A stretch of 64,000 nucleotides of DNA, taken from positions 30,813,504-30,877,503 of the forward strand of contig OZ037765.1 in the NCBI GenBank assembly GCA_964035545.1, written 5' to 3'. Numbering within the stretch: position 1 is the stretch's first letter; each line of letters opens with the position of its first letter. Origin of the DNA: Bugula neritina. Its lineage: Eukaryota > Animalia > Bryozoa. The translations under genes and the position numbers were made by a program. Of this stretch, positions 41,698 to 53,600 are shown one piece after another. The notes beneath the pieces were generated by a model. The model made no database searches. It worked only from the letters and a program-made list of their open reading frames with translations, and was not told the DNA's origin.

Positions 41698-44600
41698 TCA
41701 CTCACACACACGCTCACACGCACGCACACAGAAGTAAAATTCATTACCATGTAACCTAATGCTAAACTTTGTGTAAACACTTTAATATAGATTGTAACCA
41801 ACTAAACCTGTTTTCACACAATGGAGCTGTTGCATAACAGAATGTTTCAAATTTTGTGATTTTTTATCTATAAATTGTTCAACACCTGACTACTGTGTCA
41901 TAACCATTGCAATGAGTAGTTTTCTGTGTAGCTTTGTGATACAGTAATTTACAGTTAGTAGTCGTGCTGTGTTGTAGCTGCTGTCCATTGCTTTAGAGGG
42001 CATCCACGAGGTCACTAGTAACACCAAAACAGCTCACGGCAGCATTCTGGGGGAGTTGTTAGCAGCCTTAAAAGTTAGTATAATCACATCTAATCTTGAA
42101 GAAAGCAATGGACCTTTTGTAAGCTATGTGTGTATAATATCCTATCTTTAAATACTGAGATGATAACTCCAATATTAAGGTTCCCAATTTTTTGATATAT
42201 ATTTATGCTTATGGCACATTCAAACTTGATTGAAACATGTTTATGTTTACTTATCAATGTATAAATAAGTTAAAATTTGTCATTTCCTGTAAAAATAAAA
42301 TTTCTACGATAGGAGAAGTTAAATTGGTAAATGAAATGGTATGTGTTTTTCACTATGCAAAAGTTGAGTTGGCGTGTATCCTCCTCAGGCGTATAGTTTC
42401 TTCGGGAGAGACGACCCTTCAGTGAATATGCCAACCTGTCTGCAACCTGTTCACATGGGACCTGACGTACCCCCTTCTCTAGTGAACCCGGCGCCCCCGC
42501 CTCGACCCCAGAAGAAACAGACTAAGAAGAAGACCAGAACTAGGAAGATTAGAAGTGAACTTACTGCAAGTGATGATGAAGGTGGGGGAGGTGACACTGA
42601 AACCATCTCTAGGAACAGGTGCTGAGGCTATCTAATATCACACATATAGCCATATAATGTAATATCACATCTTATGCAACCATATAATGTAATATCACAC
42701 CTTATATAGCCATATAATATAATATTACATTTTATATAGTCATATAATATGATATTACATCTTATATAGCCATATAATATAGTATTACATCCTATATAAC
42801 CATATAATGTAATATAACATCTTTGTTAACCATATAATGTAATATTACATCTTTGATAACTGGTATTGAAATGAAAATATTAGCAGGTGAACTAGGCCGG
42901 TGTTTAGTGTGAATCTTCACTGGTCTATCGTTTTATTCATGTTTACACATGGCTTACACTGGGTTATTACACTTTACCTCTCTACACAACACCATACTTT
43001 CAAGGCTAAAAATTATAACAAACTCATTTATCAAAAAACAAATTTCAAATGTACAGAAACTAATACGAAGCTTCCAAACAAAAAATCTTTGTGGCAAACA
43101 AGAGAACATAAACAAAATATAAATGGTTTAATCTAATGTCATTAAAGAAAAGAAAGTATTAGACTAACTTACTCATTTTCTATGTAACTCACATAATTTT
43201 GCCAAGTGTTTGTACTTACTGTGCTTCAGGTACGGCTTGTCTGCATAAAGATTTGCGCATTTCACTACTCTGTATGATTACAGCTATTACTGTAGCACGT
43301 GCTAAGTTAAAGTATAGCATAGTAGGTTCTCTCTTTAACTTGTGTTGCTGTTTGTTCCAGTTGTGTTGACCCGTTACCGTGGAGACAGCTGAGTGAATCT
43401 GAATCCGATTACTCTGATACAGAGACCGCTGCCGGTGTTACCTCAAAATACCAAACTTTTCAAAGAAGAGTTCGTCAGTACTCACTGACTACGTTGTGTA
43501 CAGTAATTAAGGTTTGTTTGTCTCAGACGTCCATATGTTGAGCCTCCACACATTCAAAGAAGTTTCCGGAATTCGGCATCACTTTGTGCTGCTTAGTTTT
43601 ATACTTTTGTAATGTATCAAGTTACCAGATATTTTCCAATATTGAAGTAATTTATATATTAAATTACAACACTCTCACTTTATGCTCAGCAATGATATTC
43701 TATGATTTAGCACTCTAACCATGACTGCTAATGCAAGCTGCTACGTATTGTGCAAGGCTCGTGATTTCTAGAGTTACTCGAGTTCTTTTACTTGATTTTT
43801 CAAATATAAACTTGAAACCTAAAATCATATGAACATAATTACGTCCCCCTATCACCACAAAAAGTGTGTTTCAAACCATATTTTTAATATTTATGTTCAT
43901 ATAATTTCAGGCTTCAAGTTTATATTTGAAAAACATTTTTTTACACATGCGCTTGGTGATGATGTTCTCTTTTGTAATGTTTATTCTAAACTGTTATTAC
44001 ACACGCAGTCTTAGTCAAAAGTTGTACTTACGTACCGTGTAGGTAATGCAGAGATTATGATATACATTATAGGCGTCGATGAAGAGGTTGATATTTGGGT
44101 ACTGGGCATCCTTCTTTCCCACAGGTCCTGACGATGTGGCGGGAACTCTGGCTGCCGTGCTCAAAGATGAAACTTCCTCTAGAGTAAGTCGGTCATGCTG
44201 ATTGGCTAGTTTATACCATCAATTCACTCTGTTGGCTAACTTCTAGTTTCACTGCCATTGTTTTATTTTTCAATCCTTCAACCTACATTTATGTATTTTC
44301 TACTGGTTTCCATCCTTTTATCATGAATATATTCAGCTTCTAAGTAACGTGGAACAACTTATTATTGTATAGGCTATTAAATTTACCCATTTGATGCGTG
44401 TCGCAAGCAATGCATAGCTTTAGTATGTTTTTCAGGTCAAAACTTCTGCTCTGGCGGCAGTGGCAGCGTTTCTGGACAGATCAAAGTCAGCACTGCTGGT
44501 GGCCACCGAAAGGTAAGTCTGTGTAACTGTATCTCCGTTTGAACTGTATATTATCTTCATGTGTAACTGTATATTATCTTCATGTGTAACTGTATATTAT

Positions 44601-47600
44601 TAAATCCTATTTAGTAAGTCAGTGAGTAGTAGTATAACAGTAAGTAGTATAATAATAAGTAGTATAATAGTGAGTAGTATAATAGTAAGTAGTATAATAT
44701 AGAGTAGCAGTTTAATAGTGAGTAATGGTATAATAGTAACCAGTCTTGTGCTAATTTTACTTGCCCAGTGGCCAAAAAATATTCAACTCTTTTGATTTTA
44801 ATGGTTGTTTTTCTATCACATTCACATTGATTAAGATTTATTGTATTTAACTTGTTTTTCATTTTCGTAGATTTTTATTGAATCAATGTTTTTTTTGTTT
44901 TGTTTCCAAGTATTTTGGTAACTTTCGTAGTGTTTTTCTTTTATAAGAAGCTCATATAAATGTGTGGGTGCTAGCAACAGGTATGTGCATAGCATGCTAA
45001 CATAACCAATTTTGGAGTTGCTTTTCCATTTATGTATGCTTTCATTATAATCAAATTAGTGCAAACCTTATATAATTTAATTTGTAGTAGAATTATAATT
45101 TTATATTTAAAAAATAAGAGTAATAATGTAGATAAGGTAACTGAAAGATTATATTATAACTTGACTAAGAATTTACAAATATTTAAAATAATTTATTATT
45201 CTGAAATCTGAAGTGTGTATTTAGGGAGAGCTCTTCAACCACCCCCTTCACTCCATTCTCTGTGTTACTTGGTAATATGATTAAAGAGCTACACAACACT
45301 TTGCTAACGGTGATAAAAACAGAGTCGTCTCACCTCACTCTCACCCAGGCTGTCAAAGTAAGTATGCACAACACCCCCTCTCCTCTCTTCCCCTCTCTCT
45401 CTCCCCCTCTCTCTCCTCTCTTTCCCCCCCCCCCCTCTCTCTCTCCTCTCTTCCCCTTCTCTCCTCTCTCTCCCCCTCTCTCTCCCCCTCTCTCTCTCTC
45501 CCCCTCTCTCTCCTCTCTCCCCCCCCTCTCTCCCCCCTCTCTCTCTCCCCTCTCTCTCTCCCCCTCTCTCTCCCCCTCTCTCTCCCCCTCTCTCTCCCCC
45601 TCTCCCTCCTCTCTCCCCTCTCCCTCCTCTCTCCTCTCTCCCCCCTCTCTCTCCCCCTCTCCCTCCTCTCTCCTCTCTCCCCCCTCTCTCTCTCACCTCT
45701 CTCCCTACTCTCCCCCCTCTCTCTCCTCTTTCTCCTCTCTCCCCCCTCTCTCTCCTCTTTCTCCTCTCTCCCCCCTCTCTCTCCTCTTTCTCCTCTCTCC
45801 CCCCCTCTCTCTCTCATCAACACTAATAAAACACATGCCAAAAGTAAAAATTGCCAGCTTTTCTGTCTCCACACACAACTTATGATCTCCTGATGCCTAC
45901 TCATACGCAAACACCAGAACCTGTACTCATGCCTTTCTCCTCTGACATCATTATTATGCATAATGTCTGCCATATACGCGTAGTTTACTGTTTTCTGTCA
46001 GTTTGCAACTCATGCTGCAGGCAAGCTTCCAATTAACAAATATGTTTTATGTTGTTTTTTGTCACTTTTGAGTAAATAACTTCAAGTGCCAAGTACTGGT
46101 GCTTGTTTAGGATTGCAATATTTATAATGTAATATTTGCATTTTTGATTATAAGTTGAACTGATGGTAGAGTTATAAGGAAAAGGAGGTTAAATTATTTA
46201 CTCTAAAAATACAGTTGCTTCTATATATGTGTGCACTAGCTGTCTTTCCGGGCTGTTTTTTATAGTAAAAAGAGATGTAAAGTGTGATGAAACTTCCTCA
46301 TGTCTATTATCTCATTCGTGTTTGAGAGTTTACATCATAGCTCAGTGTTAGTGCTTATTAGAAACACTGAAATATAATAAACTATATTATATTGTTGTTG
46401 GTGAATAGCCGAGACCATATATAACTATGAATATGAATGTTAGTCGATTGTTTTACAGTGTCTCTCCACTCTCATCAATAACTCCCCTTATCAAAAGTTA
46501 CGACCTGGTCTTCTATCCAAGTCGGTAAAACTTCTCCGTCCATACCTGTCCCATAAAGGTGCGTAATACAGTATTACCAAGAATGTCATTTAATATTACT
46601 AGCAACGTAATACAGTATTACTAGCAACGTAATACAGTATTACTAGCAATGTAATACAGTATTATCAAAAATACCATTCAGTATTACTATTGATGTAATA
46701 CTGTATTACGTTGATAGTAATACAGTATTACTATCAATGTAATACAGTATTAGGCCTACTAGCATGTAATCTAGTATCGCTGACAATGTATTACAAGTAT
46801 ATTATTAGTCACACAATATTATTTTTGACATACCAATGACATGCTGCCGTAAGTACTAACCCTGATATATGCTGACTCTTGCAGATACCAACATCCGTGT
46901 GGCGGCCTTGACCTCGATGGGCGCCATGGTTACCATCCATGCACCCCTCATAGAAGTCGGTCACATTTTATTACCTCCAGCTGCACAAGAGAATGTGTTG
47001 GAGGGAGATAGCACAGTATGTATATAATTAACTAGGCCGGTGTTCAGTGTGAATCTTCACTGGTGTATTATTTTGTTATGTTTACTCTTGGCTTACATCT
47101 TGGGCACTGGTTTATTACACCCTACCTCTCTACACAACACCGCAATGTCAAGGCTGAAAATAATAAACCTATTTAGTAAAAATGCAAGCTTCAAATGTAA
47201 CAACCTAATAGTCATACATGTAAGCATAACACGAAGCTTCAAGCCAAATAATCTTTGTAGCATATGAAAAAAACACAATATAAATAATTTTAGAAAAAAA
47301 AATATTAGAAAATCTTGCTTATTTTGCTATGTAACTTGACCTGTTCACTAGCACATATTTTTGCCAAGTAGCTGTATTCGAGAACTGCAACTGTGCTGTA
47401 GGTACAGCTTCTCTGCAAAACGCTAACAGTATTCTATAAATATCATGTTGAGATTAATTACAGCATTTTTTTTTCATTCATTTCATAAGATGTTGCTAAT
47501 GAATAACTACAAAAAGTTTAATTTAGTCAAAGAGTCAAACTACTTTATGTATTTGAAATTTGTCTACATTTCACGGACAACTTTTTATGTACTATATTTT

Positions 47601-50600
47601 CCTTCAGCTTCGCTATGTGTAGTTTTTAAATTCTAAAACTGTGTTTTTTGTTTCAGTTAATTTACTAAATGTGACCCAGGCAGTCAGAAAAGCACTTTGT
47701 GACAAAATTCACATTTTTAGTTAATGCTTGATTCTTATTTGCCTCTTTATACTGATTGATTTGCAGTTTAAATTTTTGAAATCGGACTACTATTATAATA
47801 GTGGTCCGATTTCAAAAATTTAAAGTGCAAATCAATCATTTATAAAGAGGCAAATAAAAATCAAGCATTAACTAAAAATGTGAATTTTGTCACAAAGTGC
47901 TTTTCTGACTGCCTGGGTCACAAATGTTGAATAATTTGTATAGAAATCCAGTGGAGAGGGCAACTCTAGGTCTTCGGGAGCAAACAGTCTGCCTAGTACT
48001 CCACCCTCATTATCAGCTGTAGATTCACAGGTTAAATCTAGATCTAAGGGTAGCAAAGACGCAGAAGTCATGTGGTTAATCAAGACTTGTAGTAGATGTA
48101 TTTTCTCCAGGTAAGGAGCATGCTGATCTACTGGACTGGTTACAGTGTTTATATTACTCCGTCTTACTGAATCTATTGGCATGTAAACCTGTAGTTTATG
48201 TAATCAAAGATTTTCCTAAAGACTTGATACTCATTTGGTTAATATTTCAATTTGGATGTCTACATTATAAGTTGTTAAAGGGCAAGTCTGTAATAGAAAA
48301 GCTGATATGATGCATGTAATATTTGTTATTGTTTGTTTCTATTAGGGTTTATTTTAGTTGCCTTTAGAGTGTTTTGTCACTTCTTTTTGAAGCTCTGAAA
48401 CTCTTTACTAGACACATTGTGAAATCATAACAACTGTATTTATGTTAATATTTTATATTTGTCACGTATGCAATATGACATCATATAATATATATAGTAA
48501 GTTATACAGTAATATAATACGTTTTATTAGCTCAGCTGGTGCCACTCTTCAGTTACCCATCAGATTGGAGGCTCTCCAGGTGCTCAGCTGTCTAGTCGCT
48601 GGATACTTGCCACTGATACGGTGTGTACATAGAACTCTGCTCTTACATAGACCTCTTACTACTACATAGACCTCTTACTATTACATAGACCTCTCACTTT
48701 ACTATTACATATACAAACCTACACTAATGTCTTCGTGACCTAGTTTTTGTAAAAGGGTAAGAATTTATTATTCAATTCCCTCTGTATAGTCTCTCTAAAA
48801 CACTCCCACCTCTATTTTAAAGTGCCGTCTCTAATCATATAATGACTGAGCATGCTCCTCCATGATGAGAGAGTAGAAAGTTTTTAGGTTTTGGAGTTAT
48901 CTTCTATAGTCCATCACCTAAATCGGGAATTCTGTTTGTTTCTGTTTAGCAGGTTATACATACTAGTAGTTGAATTTCAGTCAACAGAAACTTTGGTTCA
49001 ACTTTCTAAATAATTGCGCTAATTCGTGTAAATGTTGTTTCCTCAACACCCTATTATCTGTTCAGTGAATTAGACTTACACTAACAACTTACTAAATGGC
49101 TATACTTACCGTGTTGTTATTTCCATGTAGATCTAGCCTACACTACCTCACTAACATCATAGTCGAGGCGCTAGCTGACGGGGACCCTTCCGTACAGCTA
49201 CATGGTGCTAAGGTTAGACATTCATCATGTGTTTGTTGGATGTTTTACTCCGCAATTAGCTGAAATTTTGATTGAGAGTCAATCAGGCATGTTTCAGGGG
49301 GTATAAAGTTACATAATTTAAGAATATATTGCTATGTTACCCAATTAGGCTGGTATGCTATGCTATGTTAATGTGTGTGTGGGTATTAATAGCATCTAAT
49401 AGATGCGCGGTGACAGGAACTGCTCAACAAAGACGATTCTTGTGAGAATTTATTGCAAATCATAAATGACTGATGCATCAATAATTCTACTGCTAATTTA
49501 TTCACTCGGCGTAACATTGTCAATAGAGCAGGAATGCATGATATTAATAATTTAATATGTATGTATCAATTGGAGAAATTCTGTATTTGGCATCAGGTTG
49601 GCCATCTGACAAATAGTTCAGGTATCAGATTGTAGGCCATACGTGATGCGTCACGTCATGGTGTGTTTATATACATATAATATGCAGTGCATGTATCAAG
49701 TGTTACTGAGATCTGTTACAGGCTGCTTTAATATTTTGGAATATTCAAAGTGTTGAAAATCAAACCTCATGTCTACGAAAGTAGAGTTCACTTGAAGTTC
49801 ATGTACATGACTGATGTTTCACTTACATTGTATTTTCCCAATGCTTTGTATCTGTCTCTCTCAAATGTTGGACATTTTAGAAATAGATTTGCAAAAGTTG
49901 CTGCTGTAGAATTTCTCTTGTTTTAAAGCGTTGCGTGTGTTTATAGACAGCAGAGAGTCTCGGCCGGTCTATAAATAAACACTTTCAGCAGCAGGAGTTG
50001 CCTCGAGAAAGCGCCGACTCGACTTTCTCCCTCGATGAAGCTCTGACATTTTGGAGTTGTCTTCTATCCGGCCCCTTGGTGCAAGCCTTGCAGAATAACA
50101 GCAACTCTCAGCTTAGAGCCACCTGCTGTCTCTGTCTGGCAAACATTGGAGGGCAGGTGTTTGAACGCATCGAGGTGAGGAGGCGGCAGACTGTGAAACT
50201 CTGGCTATGATTAGTTTCTTTCACTCTTAGGAAAGAGAGGCTCATTTTAGTGAGGGTTTCACTTCACAGCTGATTCTGTACTACACAATAATATTAACAT
50301 AATATATTCATCTCTCTCCTACAGGAAGTAAATGAGAATTTCATATGTTAATATTTTTAGCCTCAACCCACGCTTACCCAAGCTAAAGAAATGTTAAATT
50401 ATTAATATTAATACATTTTGTAAATGAGAAACATAGATGGTTTCTCAGATGTTGTATGACCTGTGGACCAACCACCATGCGTCTCATATTGTAGACCAAT
50501 CAGCAGATCTGTGTTATATTGTAGACCAATCAGCAGGTCTGTGTTATATTGTAGACCAATCAGCAGGTCTGTGTTATATTGTAGACCAATCAGCAGATAG

Positions 50601-53600
50601 TATGCATCACTATGCTCCTTGGACTTACATCAGATCCTGAAATCATCGTCAGAGACGCGGCTATCCGGGCTGCCGGAGTGTTTGTGCTATATCCGTGTCA
50701 GCGACTGGACGTTAGTTTTGTGGCTGACACAGCCAATGCTGCTTTGCTCTCCATGAAAGATGAGAGTACACCTGTGCAGATCAGAGCCTCATGGGTGATG
50801 GCCAATGTGACGGATGCCCTCGTGTTGAACATGTGAGCTGGTGATGGCTTTGCCAGACTGCACTGTATTGTTATCAGTTAAGAGTAGGAAATGTGACTGA
50901 CGGTCATCTCTATTAGTTCTGTCTGAACTGAATTATCAGCCAGTAGCTCATCCTTTGTCATCAAATTTGACGTATTTTATCTAATAATATGAAATTGAGT
51001 GTTACAACATTATCTCTTTTCATTATATAGATGACTTAACCTTACTTATTACAATCTAATTATAAAACCCATTTGAATCACAATAGGCACATGGCGATGA
51101 CTGCTATAGTTACTTTCTAATGCTACGGCCCTTGCCTGGCATCACACAGCATCATGCTGACTGCAATATTTTGTTTTAGGGCCAGCGATGACTTTACTTC
51201 GTTTGCCAAGTCCTTCTCGGACGTGCTGCTCTTACGGTTGATAGACGTGGCTACCGAAGCTTGTTATGGTGATGATAAGATGAAGTATAATGGAGTCAGG
51301 GCTCTGGGAAACCTTCTCAAGTACCTGCAGCCCCACACTTTGGGTCTGGTGATGAAATTCCTTACTTTTTAATACGAGTATTTGGTTTGGCTGCCGTTTT
51401 ATAAATTTACTGTAAATATCATTCTTAAGTTCATAAGATGTTTTACTCAGCTCAATGTTCACAAATGGTGTGGAATGTTCATAGAGGCGATTTCTAGTAA
51501 ACTACAATTTTCCAAATTTTATTACAATGTAAAACCTCCTACAATTTAGAATCTAGACTCCGTTGGGAGTTGTCCACTGCTTTAAATACTGCTCACTCAA
51601 TCACTAGTTTTTCATGTTTTCCATGATCTCAGTTGAACTGCAACTAGTTTAATAGTTACCATCAGTGCTGTAATTTTTCTATTGCATCATAATTTCGTAG
51701 TTACTTCCTCTCATGTGAATGTGACGTGTTGGAAAATTTGGCTCTGTGTATTTAGATCATCTGACTATAAAGACTATATCCTTCCAATATGTATTTTTTA
51801 TTTAACAACTTTATGTAATATTGTACATGTTTGCAGTTTAGCTTGTCAATATATTACCACAGAATCTCACTCTGCTGGTAGTTGAGAATGATAATTTTTA
51901 TCATTCAACTCAAATACTGAAATTGAAAAGAATCTTTTCACTAGTAGATAGTAAAGTATTAGTCTGTCACTTCGTAAGTTATATAAGTTTTTTGTGGGCA
52001 GCCTGCTTTTTCTGCCTCTTCAGTGTGTGAGCTGCTCAGCTTCTAGATCCATAGGACATTTTTCAATGGATTGATTAGTCTTAGATAGAACTGAGTTTGA
52101 GCTGAGCAGACAAACTTGCTCAGACTAACCTGTTGTCACGTGTCAAACTATTTGAAGCAGCTTAATGCCTGTTAGAACTGAATGACTGATGTCACGGTGA
52201 ACCATACTTTGACATGTTATAAATATTTCTCTGCATTTCTGCAGGGATTTCAAGAAACGAGTTGAGAAAGTTGACACGTTTATGCGCATTGCATTGGCAA
52301 ATATAGATTAATGTGTGATCAGTGACAATGTGATGTTTCAGAGCGAAGGAATATGTCACAGTTGATAGAAAACTCGGTGAATCTGCTAGTGAAGAGTCTA
52401 AGTCAGGGTGTGATGAAGGTAACGTGAGGCAGACTATGCTATAATTACCATATCCTTCCGAGGATCTGCCAATAAGCTTTGGTAGACATTCAATTGGCAT
52501 TTAATACCTACGAAAGCTTATTGTTCATGCTCGGCCTGCTACCTGAGCCGATGTACCTACGAATGTGAACTAGATTACTAAAAATATGTAATCTGGTGTA
52601 TAATGTTCTAATATATGCTGCTAAGGTACCTTGTACAAGGCACTTGTGATGTGTATAGGCTGCAAAGGGGCTTTATTTTATAATTATTAGTTTAAAACCT
52701 TTTTATCGCTTTCTTTTCATACATTAATTGGTTCTTGTGGAAGTCACTGAAACTTATGAACTAGTCTTGCTAGTCTAGTGTAGAGGCCAGTAAATCTTAA
52801 CATAACAGACTGTGCTGGTAATAGTCGTCTGCGATATAAGCGATGTTGGTACATTCAATAGTCGAACTAAATACTGCATTAAGTTACATGTATTACTATA
52901 TTGTAGGTGAGTGTGTTACTATATTGTAGGTGAATGTATTACTATATTGTAGGTGAGTGTATTACTATATTGTAGGTGAATGTATTACTATATTGTAGGT
53001 GAGTGTATTACTATATTGTAGGTGAGTGTATTACTATATTGTAGGTGAGTGTATTACTATATTGTAGGTGAGTGTATTACTATATTGTAGGTGAATGTAT
53101 TACTATATTGTAGGTGAGTGTATTACTATATTGTAGGTGAGTGTATTACTATATTGTAGGTGAATGTATTACTATATTGTAGGTGAGTGTATTACTATAT
53201 TGTAGGTGAATGTATTACTATATTGTAGGTGAGTGTATTACTATATTGTAGGTGAGTGTATTACTATATTTTAGGTGAGATGGAATGCCAGCTATGCTTT
53301 AGGAAGTCTCCTTCAAAATGACTACATTGTCTCTGCTTCTGCCCCTTGGCTGGTCAGTAGAATTTATAGTTTGCAGTTGATATATACATAGTCGATATGT
53401 AGCCAGTGTACAGTCAATAAACAGTCAGTATACAGTCAGTGTGTAGTCAGTATACAGTCAGTGTGTAGTCAGTATACAGTCAGTGTGTAGTCAATAAACA
53501 GTCAGTGTGTAGTCAGTATACAGTCAGTGTGTAGTCAGCACTGAATCATGTACAGTTGATATTCAGTCACCTTGTGGTCACAGTAATCTTGACTAAATTG

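Noticed and set aside
45262-45973. Long Pro/Ser-rich and Glu/Arg-rich ORFs
   Set aside because: They are read-through of the CT tract; only 45225-45357 is a real exon.
52888-53279. CRISPR array (also considered for 3545-4595 and 25193-25398)
   Set aside because: Units are contiguous with no unique spacers, there are no cas genes, and the context is eukaryotic.
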